Positions 1 to 12,804 of a DNA stretch of 45,686 bases are shown here, in pieces. Source of the DNA: a virus (lineage: Duplodnaviria > Heunggongvirae > Uroviricota > Caudoviricetes). Numbering within the stretch: the first letter of the stretch is position 1; every line of letters starts with the position of its first letter. The notes below the pieces were generated by a model. That model made no database searches. It was not told where the DNA came from and was given only the letters and a program-made list of their open reading frames with translations. The DNA is taken from IMG/VR virus record IMGVR_UViG_2718217885_000013; one strand, written 5' to 3'. The position numbers and the translations under genes are program-made.

Positions 1-750
1 TCAGTCAATTGTTTTGTTTATTCCATCTGTGACGCCGATTATTTTCTCAAAATAATGAGATGGCGTGACACCATAATAATCTTTAAATGCACATATGAAA
101 TATGAAGTACTGTTATAGCCACATTTCTGGGCTACGACATTGATAGAATAAGAGTTTGAAGTTATGAGTTTTTTTGCATACCTCATCCTAGTATCTCTCA
201 ATATTTCAGTAAATGACGTTCCTTCATCCCTTAATCTTTTTTTTATTAAACTTTCACTCGTATAAATCAATTCCGCAATATCTTTTAAATGCCATTGCCG
301 CTCAATATTAAAACTGATTATTCCAGTAATTTTACAGGTAAATGTATTTATATTTGTTAGTATAAATGAATTTACACTTTCGCGTTTTTTGAACATGGCA
401 AGTAAGGATATACATAGTCTTTCTTTTAACCAAAGGGAGTGTGAGTCTGCTATTTTAATCCCTTCAAACAGAGAAAAAACAAGCGATAATGGAGGTTCCT
501 CTTCAGCAATATAGCCATTCTTATCAAGAGTAAATTTGCCAGGCAGCTCATTATTCACGTCGATAAAAAAGGATAAACATGTTTTCTTATCTATATCAAC
601 AATTCTTAGTTTAGAGGGGCATACTGGTAACTCCCTTCTAATTTTGTCGCTTACAATAAACAATGAATTTTTTTTGAACGAGATAACTCTCCTGTTTATA
701 ATTAAATCAAATGATTGACAGATGAAAACTACGGAGCAAACATAATCCAT
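1..750 (-). CDS. appY: AraC-family transcriptional activator AppY
   Basis: 249-aa ORF whose translation ([22 protein letters not shown]...) matches remembered K-12 AppY; C-terminal AraC-type HTH; sits beside tfa/ybcY as in DLP12. Confidence 0.85.
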
Positions 751-1340
751 CTTGCACCTATCATAAAATTAAAACAAGTTGATAGTAGTCAAATAACAAC
801 CAATTAAATACACAATCATAATCAGGATGATGTGCATTTATATTTTTATACACAAAATTATAGTTTGCAAATTTTAATAAATTTCATTTAAGATTAAATT
901 ATTATATGTATGTTGTTTTTTATTCTAACTTATTTCAAAGTTACATTTTTCAACGCTTACTATGCTTTTTATTAACATAAACTCACTACAACGCACCTGA
1001 AACCTCTTGCTATATATATGTCAACCGTTTGAATTTAAAATAAAAAGAGTATCATTTTTACTTGCATTTCTTATCAAGTCACATTCAACAACAGTAAAAA
1101 AACATTATTAGAACCATTCAATTAACAAAAAACCAACATCCAGCTTGCTTAATTTTTCTTTATTAAACGATATTGAAAATCAATTGATAAAATACATCTA
1201 AACAACCTTTTGGGGCGCAAAAGCATAACATCAAACAAACAAATAACACACCGAAAAAACTCACAATTAATAACCTATGATATACATACTGTTTATTATG
1301 GTTGAATAAGCCACTCGATATCTGGTGCTACGGAAGTGTC
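751..1340. promoter_or_regulatory. AT-rich upstream region of appY with no ORF of 60 aa or more; probable promoter/silencing region
   Basis: About 590 bp of strongly A/T-rich sequence directly 5' of appY on the minus strand; function inferred. Confidence 0.3.
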
Positions 1341-1451
1341 CACACGGTTTAGCAGCACCCGATACTTTTTTCAGGCTTCCAGCAACGATCTTTCTTCCTC
1401 CGTTGCGATTTCCAGATCTACAGCATCCTGCAGTGGCGCAATATACTCACT
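1341..1451. repeat. Direct repeat copy 1 (tfa 3' segment), about 110 bp
   Basis: About 90 percent identical to 2389-2500 by eye (cacggtt.agca.cacccgatacttttt.caggcttccagcaa...ccgttgcgatttccagatctacagcatcctg). Confidence 0.7.
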
Positions 1452-1556
1452 GAATTCCTGGATGTAGAACTGTGTGGTGACGGTCTTCCAGCCATTCGGC
1501 TCCTGCTGTATTGAAGCATACCAGGCTATTTCAATATCGCTATGCTGCGGCAGCAT
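1371..1556 (-). pseudogene. Tail fibre assembly protein fragment (tfaX-like remnant)
   Basis: 61-aa ORF whose C-terminus ([23 protein letters not shown]) duplicates a segment near the C-terminus of the full tfa at 2335-2919, with an unrelated N-terminus. Confidence 0.6.
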
Positions 1557-1695
1557 TTAACCCCTTGTAATTCATTGCCATAATTGATTTAATTCACAAA
1601 TAAAACTATAACATGGTGAAATTAATAAAAAAAACACAGATGATGGGGCTAGAATTTACACACCACTTACCCTAAAGCTTTATGACTGGTGGGTT

Positions 1696-2280
1696 TTGGG
1701 AGTATCAAATCGGCTTGCATGGGGATGTCCTACAAAGGAACACCTTCTTCCACACTTTCTGGAACATTTAGGTAACAACCATCTGGATATTGGTGTTGGA
1801 ACTGGGTTTTACCTTACTCACGTACCTGAGAGTAGTCTGATATCTTTAATGGATTTGAACGAAGCTAGCCTGAACGCGGCATCTACAAGGGCTGGGGAAT
1901 CAAAAATTAAACATAAAATTAGCCATGATGTTTTTGAACCTTATCCCGCGGCGTTACATGGTCAATTTGATTCCATTTCCATGTTTTACCTTCTTCACTG
2001 CCTGCCTGGAAATATATCTACAAAAAGCTGTGTAATACGCAATGCGGCGCAGGCCTTAACTGACGATGGAACTCTATACGGAGCCACAATTCTTGGCGAT
2101 GGAGTTGTGCACAATAGCTTCGGTCAAAAACTGATGCGCATTTACAATCAGAAAGGCATCTTTTCAAACACAAAAGATTCCGAAGAAGGCTTAACACATA
2201 TACTCTCAGAGCATTTCGAGAATGTTAAAACCAAGGTTCAAGGTACTGTAGTAATGTTTTCCGCTTCAGGGAAAAAATAG
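1696..2280 (+). CDS. ybcY: Putative SAM-dependent methyltransferase (YbcY-like); start is TTG with no in-frame ATG near the 5' end, so possibly disrupted
   Basis: 194-aa ORF with a glycine-rich motif I-like segment (LDIGVGTGFYL); same position as the ybcY pseudogene in DLP12; the first codon of the track ORF is TTG. Confidence 0.45.
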   Translation: MGVSNRLAWGCPTKEHLLPHFLEHLGNNHLDIGVGTGFYLTHVPESSLISLMDLNEASLNAASTRAGESKIKHKISHDVFEPYPAALHGQFDSISMFYLLHCLPGNISTKSCVIRNAAQALTDDGTLYGATILGDGVVHNSFGQKLMRIYNQKGIFSNTKDSEEGLTHILSEHFENVKTKVQGTVVMFSASGKK

Positions 2281-2287
2281 CATCCAA

Positions 2288-2320
2288 CCGCAGCACGTTC
2301 TTGCTTAAGACGTGCTGCGG
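2288..2320. terminator. Perfect 11-bp inverted repeat between the convergent ybcY-like and tfa genes
   Basis: ccgcagcacgt-(11 nt)-acgtgctgcgg; a T-run follows on the minus strand after a short spacer. Confidence 0.45.
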
Positions 2321-2334
2321 CATAATCCCAATGA

Positions 2335-2919
2335 TTACTCCCTGACAGGGTTCGTAGGCCACTCAATATCAGGTGCAGTTGATGTATCAACACGGTTCAG
2401 CAACACCCGATACTTTTTCCAGGCTTCCAGCAATGAGGTTTCTTCCTCCGTTGCGATTTCCAGATCTACAGCATCCTGAAGTGGCGCAATATGCTCACTG
2501 GCTACCTGCATCAGGCTGTTTTTTATTTCTTCCGCCTCCCGGATCCGGAACAGTTTTTCTGCTTCTGCATCTTTCACCCAGGCTGTGCCGTTCCACTTCT
2601 GAAACTCCCCTTCCGGCGATAACCAGGTAACATTTTCCGGTAACGGACCGAGTTCAGAAATAAATAACTCGTCCCCTGACGCTACGTCATAAACCGTTTT
2701 ACCCCGATGGTCTTCAACGAGATGCCACGATGCCTCATCACTGTTGAAAACAGCCACGAAGCCAGCCGGAATATCTGGCGGTGCAATATCGGTACTGTTT
2801 GCTGGCAGACCTGTATGAGGCGGAATATATGCATCACCTTCACCAATAAATTCATTAGTTCCGGCCAGCAGATTATAAATTGTTATGGTCCGTGGTTGTT
2901 CACTCATTCTGAATGCCAT
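2335..2919 (-). CDS. tfa: Tail fibre assembly protein Tfa
   Basis: 194-aa translation recognised as lambda/e14-type Tfa; directly downstream of stf. Confidence 0.9.
   Translation of the reverse strand: MAFRMSEQPRTITIYNLLAGTNEFIGEGDAYIPPHTGLPANSTDIAPPDIPAGFVAVFNSDEASWHLVEDHRGKTVYDVASGDELFISELGPLPENVTWLSPEGEFQKWNGTAWVKDAEAEKLFRIREAEEIKNSLMQVASEHIAPLQDAVDLEIATEEETSLLEAWKKYRVLLNRVDTSTAPDIEWPTNPVRE
2389..2500. repeat. Direct repeat copy 2 (within tfa)
   Basis: Partner of 1341-1451. Confidence 0.7.
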
Positions 2920-5900
2920 TATGCAAGCCTCACAATATAGTTAAATGCGATGTTTTTGACGGTGTTTTCCGCGTTACCAGCAGCGTTAACGGTGATGGTG
3001 TGTCCATGTGAGCCAATCGCAACGGAGTGCGTATGAGCACCAATACCGACAGTATGTGCGTGTGCACCTGCGCTTGCAGCAGTACCCGATACAGAGTGCG
3101 TATGAGCGCCTGCAGAAGAAGTGTTAACACTGTATTTAGAATAATCAGGTGATCCACTTCCCGGAGCACCACTGGAACCACCTGAAACAAATGTCATCGA
3201 ATGGGTATGTGCACCGGCTGAAGCAGCCGTACCGCTAACACTATGGGTATGTGCACCAGTGTTATTCGTGGATTTAGTGCCGTAATCAAACGATGATGTG
3301 GTTTTCGTCCCCAAATCCGTACTGGATGCGCTGGCGCTGTGGGTGTGCGATTTAATGCCGTCCTGTTCCTGAGACAATACGGCACGACCACTGGCGGGCT
3401 TGCCCTTAATCGTCCAGCCACGCATATCAGGAATAACGCCTGACGGATAAGCCACTGCAAGTTTCGGGTATGCAGATTTGTCAAAAGTCTGCCCCTGCAT
3501 CAGGGCATAGCCAGACGGAACGGTATCTGATGGCCACGGGATTGGTGCGCCGACTGGGTAGCTTTCTGGTGGAAGATTTTTCGAGGTATAAACTTCTGCC
3601 CAGTCATCCTCAAAACCATAACCGTCTCTTGAAGAACGGTAGAACAGACCACCATTTCTGTAATGCGCCTTCATCTGCAGGGTCCGGCAACTTCCGACTC
3701 CGGTATAGAAGTTAACCAGAATATAGCTGTCGCCAGAGCGAGTGACATTGTAAGCGCCTGATTCGGCATTCCATGGAACGCCACCATCCGCATCGGCATA
3801 TGTATCCGTTGCCCTTCTGGCAAAAGCAGCCACATGCGCGGCGGTTAAAGTAATATCTTTGGAACCATCAAACTCAACACCAGAAACCCGTCTTGGCGTT
3901 TGCAGCTTTGTTGCTGTTAATGCATTACCGTTCAGACTTGCGGACAGTTTGGTTCCAATAACCAGTTCGCCGGTTGCGTTATCAATAGCAAACGGTCTTA
4001 ATGTATTCCAGCCACCATAAACATCACCTTGATTGGTAAGCAGCAGGTAAGTTTTAGCGCCATCATTACGCCATAATGCACCATACTCTCCACCTATCAT
4101 TCGAATCTGATTACCACCACGCGCTACAATTTCGTCTGTGGCAAAAAGTTTTTTGCACGACAAGTTATCGTTAACGATTAACGAATGAGACTCATAAAAA
4201 CCACGCCCACTCTTAAAATCAAGGATAACGTCCGCCGCGATACATTCAGTCGCTGGATTTGTTGCCCCAAACTTATAGGTCGTATCATTAACAACGAGAT
4301 CAGCACCAGGTGCGGATATTGACAGGCCATCTTCGATAAACGCAAAAACAGGGAAAGCAGCGCCATCAACATAGAACACAGAGCGCAAATCATCGCCCTT
4401 ATTACTCATCATTATTGAGTGGATGGCTCGTTCATTGTTTTGATATTGCCAGAACATTCCATAAGCATAACGCCCCCTGTCAGTCCAGCCACCAGGCATA
4501 ACAAATCCGTTAAACTCGCAGTTATTCATCGGATCGCCTGCGGTTCGCGTTGCCGTGGTGATAATGACCCTTGATGCCAGTTCGCTTACTGAGCCAGCAG
4601 AACGCATAACAACAACAGGGTAATATTTTCCAGATGTTGCACCTGCAGGAGCGTTAACCCGCACATAACGCATACCACGCTTATCAGCAAAGTCTGTTTT
4701 ACTGACCGCGTTAATGTTGTTCAGGAAGCGTCCCTTATCGGGTATATCAGTGCCGTTCTGGTCTTTCTGCAGACGTTTCTCTGCATTGTCATAGGCTGAT
4801 TTTACTGCCTTTGGCGTTGCCGCCAGCGTTTCAGACGTACTGTTGGTCGCACTGCTGAGCTGTACTATCCCCTTTTTCGTCGTGCTCGCATCCTCAAGCG
4901 CCACGGCGGATGCAATATCCTCTGCCCGTTTTGCTGCTGTCTCGGCGCGCGTTGCCGCGGATTCCGCCGTACTTTTGCTCTGAGCTGCCGCCGTCGCACT
5001 GCCAGCTGCCTCTGTCGCCTTCGTGGATGCCGTCGTGGCGCTGCCCTTCGCTGCTGACGCCTGTCTGGTCGCCTCATCTTTTGAAGCAGACGCCGATGAT
5101 GCCGATGACGCCGCCGAACTGGCTGACGATGCGGCAGCCGTTTTTGAGGATTCTGCGCTGGTTTCCGACGCTTTCGCGTTCGTTTCGGATGTCTTCGCTG
5201 CGGAAGCTGACCTCGCTGCTACCGTGGCCTGTTCAGTGGCTTCGCCAGCCTTCGTTGTGGCTGTTGAAGCGGATGATGCGGCGCTTTCTGCCGACTTTCC
5301 GGCAGCGGTGGCACTGGCTGAGGCCTGCCCGGCATTTGTTGACGCGGCGCTGGCAGATGAGGCAGCCGCTGTTTTTGAGTCTGCTGCTGCGGAGGCACTC
5401 TGTCCCGCTGCCGTCTCAGAAGACTTTGCGTTCGTCTCGGACGTTTTTGCCGCCTTCGCGGAAGTTCCTGCCGCTGTTGCCGAGGAGGCTGCACGACTGG
5501 CGCTCGAGGCTGCGTTCGTTTCTGATGATTTCGCTGCCTCTTTTGAAGCCGACGCATCCCTGGCTGAAGTGGCTGCTTCTGACGCTTTCGTGGTCGCGGT
5601 GGATGCAGAAGTGGCTGCTGATTGTTGTGACGCTGCCGCATTCGTTTCTGACGTTTTCGCCGCACCGGCACTGGTAGCCGCCGCGCTTTTTGAGGACTCT
5701 GCAGCGGCAGCACTTTTTGATGCTTCAGTGGCCTTTGCTGATGCCGTTCCTGCGCTGGAAGACGCTGACTGAGCAGATGATGCAGCCTGTCCGGCTGACG
5801 TGCTGGCGGCACGTGCTGAGCCTGCAGCATCGGTTGCATGGGTTGCCGCCTCACGGGCAGATGTGCTGGCATCACTGGCTGACTTCTTCGCGGCTGCCGT

Positions 5901-6269
5901 GTTCTGTGCCACTGCGGACGCGTTACGCGCCACCTCTTCCACCATCAGTTCAAAACGGCGCAGTGCCTCCGGACGGGCATCATCCTCCGTCATGGCACCG
6001 AGAAAATCATTCAGCGTACCGGGTTGAGAATCTTCATACACGGTAATGGTCCCGGCATGTGACGGCGGGAATCCTTCCACCAACAGAATAACGCTGTACT
6101 GACCGTACTCAACGTCCATGCTGTAACGCCCGGCTTCATCCGGATTTTCTGAGGCCAGCGTGTTCACCACCACCGTGGTGCTGTTACGTTTTGCTTTCAG
6201 CTGGATTGTGCAGTTCTGTACCGGTTTTCCTGTGCCGTCTTTCAGTACACCTGAAATCTTTACTGCCAT
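2919..6269 (-). CDS. stf: Side tail fibre protein Stf
   Basis: N-terminus [27 protein letters not shown] matches lambda Stf; long Ala/Ser/Thr-rich central region; C-terminal GAHTHS repeats; ATG at 6269 is two codons inside the track ORF, which begins with GTG. Confidence 0.9.
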   Translation of the reverse strand: MAVKISGVLKDGTGKPVQNCTIQLKAKRNSTTVVVNTLASENPDEAGRYSMDVEYGQYSVILLVEGFPPSHAGTITVYEDSQPGTLNDFLGAMTEDDARPEALRRFELMVEEVARNASAVAQNTAAAKKSASDASTSAREAATHATDAAGSARAASTSAGQAASSAQSASSSAGTASAKATEASKSAAAAESSKSAAATSAGAAKTSETNAAASQQSAATSASTATTKASEAATSARDASASKEAAKSSETNAASSASRAASSATAAGTSAKAAKTSETNAKSSETAAGQSASAAADSKTAAASSASAASTNAGQASASATAAGKSAESAASSASTATTKAGEATEQATVAARSASAAKTSETNAKASETSAESSKTAAASSASSAASSASSASASKDEATRQASAAKGSATTASTKATEAAGSATAAAQSKSTAESAATRAETAAKRAEDIASAVALEDASTTKKGIVQLSSATNSTSETLAATPKAVKSAYDNAEKRLQKDQNGTDIPDKGRFLNNINAVSKTDFADKRGMRYVRVNAPAGATSGKYYPVVVMRSAGSVSELASRVIITTATRTAGDPMNNCEFNGFVMPGGWTDRGRYAYGMFWQYQNNERAIHSIMMSNKGDDLRSVFYVDGAAFPVFAFIEDGLSISAPGADLVVNDTTYKFGATNPATECIAADVILDFKSGRGFYESHSLIVNDNLSCKKLFATDEIVARGGNQIRMIGGEYGALWRNDGAKTYLLLTNQGDVYGGWNTLRPFAIDNATGELVIGTKLSASLNGNALTATKLQTPRRVSGVEFDGSKDITLTAAHVAAFARRATDTYADADGGVPWNAESGAYNVTRSGDSYILVNFYTGVGSCRTLQMKAHYRNGGLFYRSSRDGYGFEDDWAEVYTSKNLPPESYPVGAPIPWPSDTVPSGYALMQGQTFDKSAYPKLAVAYPSGVIPDMRGWTIKGKPASGRAVLSQEQDGIKSHTHSASASSTDLGTKTTSSFDYGTKSTNNTGAHTHSVSGTAASAGAHTHSMTFVSGGSSGAPGSGSPDYSKYSVNTSSAGAHTHSVSGTAASAGAHAHTVGIGAHTHSVAIGSHGHTITVNAAGNAENTVKNIAFNYIVRLA

Positions 6270-6280
6270 ATTCACCCCAC

Positions 6281-6307
6281 AAAAAAGCCCGCCTGAACCG
6301 GCGGGCT
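6281..6307 (-). terminator. Intrinsic terminator after lom, immediately upstream of the stf start
   Basis: Minus-strand AGCCCGCC-GGUUCA-GGCGGGCU followed by UUUUUU. Confidence 0.6.
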
Positions 6308-6333
6308 GTCATAACACTGTGTTACCTGGCTAA

Positions 6334-6933
6334 TCAGAACTTATAACCGACACCCACGATGAAACCGTCAGTGCGCCAGTCGCCACTGCCGGAGCCTTCA
6401 TAAGCAATATCAATGGCCACGGATTCGGTCGGGTTAAACTGCACGCCAGCTCCCCACGCCAGAGACGTGTTGCTGTGGCGACCGTCATCACTTCCGGTCA
6501 GCACATCGTGCGTTTTCCCCTTGTTGTCAGTTACGCGAAGATAATCCCCGGAGAAAGTCGACACACGGCTGTAAGCCACACCCGCCATCGCATACGCGCT
6601 GAACCATTCATTCACGCGCACAGACGGCCCCGCCATCACGCTGAACCAGCGGTTACGCACGGAATCTTCATGCCAGCGGGTATCGCTGTAATGGGTCAGC
6701 TGGCGATTCTTGTCTCCTGCATAGCTGAATGACGTCACCATCCCCAGTGTGTCCGTAAACTCATAACGGTATTTCACGTTAATCCCGTTCAGATCATCGC
6801 TGCCGGGAACGTTCGTCGAGGCATGAAGATACCCCGCGCTCAGCGTGGACTGATGTTCAGACGCCCATGCAGGCGCACCGGATACGGCCAGACAAATGGC
6901 TGCGGACAAAATGGCGGCATAAAGTTTACGCAT
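6334..6933 (-). CDS. lom: Outer membrane protein Lom (Ail/Lom family)
   Basis: 199-aa ORF with signal peptide and beta-barrel-type sequence; canonical position after J. Confidence 0.9.
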   Translation of the reverse strand: MRKLYAAILSAAICLAVSGAPAWASEHQSTLSAGYLHASTNVPGSDDLNGINVKYRYEFTDTLGMVTSFSYAGDKNRQLTHYSDTRWHEDSVRNRWFSVMAGPSVRVNEWFSAYAMAGVAYSRVSTFSGDYLRVTDNKGKTHDVLTGSDDGRHSNTSLAWGAGVQFNPTESVAIDIAYEGSGSGDWRTDGFIVGVGYKF

Positions 6934-6999
6934 AATTACCTCTCGCTTTTCTGCAATAAAAAAGGCGTCATTTCTGACGCCCGTTATGGGTTATAAAAT

Positions 7000-10401
<3,402 letters not shown>

Positions 10402-10458
10402 TCATGCTCCATAAACGATAAAACCGCCCGGAGGCGGTTTCACATAAAACATTTTGCA

Positions 10459-11130
10459 TCAGCGACCAATCACCACAACCTGACCACCGTCCCCTTCGTC
10501 TGCCGTGCTGATCTCCTGAGAAACCACGCGTGACCCCACGCGCATTTCACCGTACAGAACCGGCAGAACATTGCCCTGGGCAACCATGTTATCCAGTGAG
10601 GAGAAATAGGTGTTCTGTTTGCCGTTATCCGTTGTCTGTTTACGGGGAGTTCTGGCTTTCGGTGCCAGCATCTGCGCCACACCACCGAGCACCATACTGG
10701 CACCGAGAGAAAACAGGATGCCGGTCATACCACCGGCCCCAATGGCTGCCCCCCATGCTGCAAGGGTGGCTCCGGCGGTAAAGAATGATCCGGCAATGGC
10801 GGCAGCCCCCAGGACAATCTGGAATACGCCACCTGACTTGGCCCCGGCGACTCTGGGAACAATATGAATCACAGCGCCATCAGGCAGAGTCTCATGTAAC
10901 TGCGCCGTTAACCCGGACGTGCTGACGTCCCGCCCGGCAATCCGTACCTGATACCAGCCGTCGCTCAGTTTCTGACGAAACACCGGGAGCTGTGTGGCCA
11001 GTGCGCGGATGGCTTCAGCCCCCGTTTTCACACGAAGGTCGATGCGGCGGCCAAATCGTTGCAAATCCCCGTAAAGGCAGATGCGCGCCATGCCCGGTGA
11101 CGCCAGAGGGAGTGTGTGCGTCGCTGCCAT
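10459..11130 (-). CDS. I: Tail assembly protein I
   Basis: 223 aa, lambda I-like; overlaps K as in lambda. Confidence 0.9.
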   Translation of the reverse strand: MAATHTLPLASPGMARICLYGDLQRFGRRIDLRVKTGAEAIRALATQLPVFRQKLSDGWYQVRIAGRDVSTSGLTAQLHETLPDGAVIHIVPRVAGAKSGGVFQIVLGAAAIAGSFFTAGATLAAWGAAIGAGGMTGILFSLGASMVLGGVAQMLAPKARTPRKQTTDNGKQNTYFSSLDNMVAQGNVLPVLYGEMRVGSRVVSQEISTADEGDGGQVVVIGR

Positions 11131-11771
11131 TTGTCGGTATACCTCTCTCGTTTGCTCAGTTGTTCAGGAATATGGTGCAGCAGCTCGCCATCACCACAGT
11201 AAATGGCGGCATGATTCGGCACCGATGAACCAAAACAGCACAGCAGCACATCGCCCGGTTGTGCTGATGACAACGGCACCTGATACAGCCCTGTGGCCTC
11301 CAGATTATCCAGATAGAGATTCTGACCGTGACGCCACCAGTCATCCCCGCGATGAAAATCCGGCATCTCAATCCCCGCCAGATGATAAGCATCCCGGAAC
11401 AGCGTGTAACAGTCCGTCACCCCGTGCTCAAAGCGCCGCCCGGTGAGATGCGGCACACAGCGGAACTTATGAATCGTCCCCCGGCAGACCAGCCACCACG
11501 GCAAATCACTCTGCACCTGCAGCCGCCTGTCGGCCTCACTCAGCCAGGGCAGACCACCGGGGTGGCTGTGGACCAGCGCCACAATCTCACCCTGCATTTC
11601 TGCCTGCAGCCAGTCTTCCGGCGACATACGGAAATACGCCTCCGGCTCACCGGAAATATTCACGCCGGGAAAATATCTTTCCCCCTCCGGCGTTCTCACC
11701 ACGAAGCCGCACGACTCCGCTGGCGCACATCGCCGGGCGTGCGCCAGAATCGCTGATTCTGTCTTTGTCAT
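11028..11771 (-). CDS. K: Tail assembly protein K (MPN/JAB plus NlpC/P60-like)
   Basis: Translation matches lambda K (HSHP motif, C-terminal Cys-containing domain). Confidence 0.9.
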   Translation of the reverse strand: MTKTESAILAHARRCAPAESCGFVVRTPEGERYFPGVNISGEPEAYFRMSPEDWLQAEMQGEIVALVHSHPGGLPWLSEADRRLQVQSDLPWWLVCRGTIHKFRCVPHLTGRRFEHGVTDCYTLFRDAYHLAGIEMPDFHRGDDWWRHGQNLYLDNLEATGLYQVPLSSAQPGDVLLCCFGSSVPNHAAIYCGDGELLHHIPEQLSKRERYTDKWQRRTHSLWRHRAWRASAFTGICNDLAAASTFV

Positions 11772-11776
11772 GGGAT

Positions 11777-12475
11777 TTACTGCGAAAGTTTGTTAATGGA
11801 AAGGAAGCCGCCAAAGTTGCCGACGTTATTGCGGAACTTACAACCGCTCAGGCATTTGCTGCATTTATCCTTCGTGATATCGGACGTTGGCTGGTCATAT
11901 TCATCCGCGACCGCCGGACCGTGATAACCGCACTCACCGCCGCGATAGGTCCAGGTGCAGGTGTTGGCCAGCATGATACGTCCCGGAAAAACAGCGCCGT
12001 CCGTTTCCGTCGGCGTGGACAGTACAAAGGAGGCACTGACCGCGCTCAGTTCGCTGCACTGCTCAATGCGCCAGCGGCTGATCACCTCCTGCTCCGGATC
12101 GGCGTCACTGTTTCCGTTGACGAAGTTCACCGCATCCAGAAAACGGGCGTAAACCTTACGCCGGACCACCGTTCCGCCGACCAGACTCTGCAGATCTTCC
12201 GCCATCCCGGTGACCATACCGTACAGGTTAGAAACCGTCAGCGTGGGGCGCGTACTGGTGCCTTTGCCATTCAGTTCAAAACCACTCCCCTGAATGGGAT
12301 ACGGCTGATACTGTCGCCCCTGCCAGGTGACCGGCTCACCTTTTTCGTTCTGCTCATTACAGAAAAAATAACGTTCTCCACCGACCTCTGTCAGATCGAT
12401 TTCCCAGAGCACCACGCTGGCCGACTGCTCCGCACGGGTGCATTCATTCAGTGTTTCCTGCCGGATATCCTGCAT
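11777..12475 (-). CDS. L: Minor tail protein L
   Basis: 232 aa, lambda L-like including the C-terminal Cys cluster. Confidence 0.9.
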   Translation of the reverse strand: MQDIRQETLNECTRAEQSASVVLWEIDLTEVGGERYFFCNEQNEKGEPVTWQGRQYQPYPIQGSGFELNGKGTSTRPTLTVSNLYGMVTGMAEDLQSLVGGTVVRRKVYARFLDAVNFVNGNSDADPEQEVISRWRIEQCSELSAVSASFVLSTPTETDGAVFPGRIMLANTCTWTYRGGECGYHGPAVADEYDQPTSDITKDKCSKCLSGCKFRNNVGNFGGFLSINKLSQ

Positions 12476-12804
12476 CAGTTCACCACCTGTTTAAACTCTG
12501 CGCTGAACTCAACACGCAACATACTGACCTGCGACGACCATTTTGCGCAGGTCACCTTTATCTGCCTGTAACCATAAGGCGGCGTCCACAGAAAGGCCTT
12601 CCAGCCTCCGTGCTCTGCCAGAAACGACTCCAGCGCCGTGGCCTCCTCACGGGAGACAGACAGCGTCACGCTGTACGTTTTCAGGTCAGCGTTCAGCCCG
12701 GCAGGCGCACGCTGGGAATAGCCATCACCAAAGCGCACCTCCCTGACGGAAGGAGCCGATGTCACATCCATCCCGGGTTTCACTTTCCAGCGGAAGGTTT
12801 TCAT
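12475..12804 (-). CDS. M: Minor tail protein M
   Basis: 109 aa, lambda M-like. Confidence 0.9.
   Translation of the reverse strand: MKTFRWKVKPGMDVTSAPSVREVRFGDGYSQRAPAGLNADLKTYSVTLSVSREEATALESFLAEHGGWKAFLWTPPYGYRQIKVTCAKWSSQVSMLRVEFSAEFKQVVN

Noticed and set aside
536-718. 60-aa plus-strand ORF inside appY
   Set aside because: Antisense to a well-supported gene in A/T-rich sequence; no supporting signal
4865-6046. Multiple track ORFs on both strands inside stf (for example 4910-5677, 5023-5772, 5219-5875, 5690-6046)
   Set aside because: They lie within the Ala/Ser/Thr-rich repetitive part of stf, whose GC-rich repeats keep several frames open; the translations are low-complexity and the stf frame has clear lambda homology
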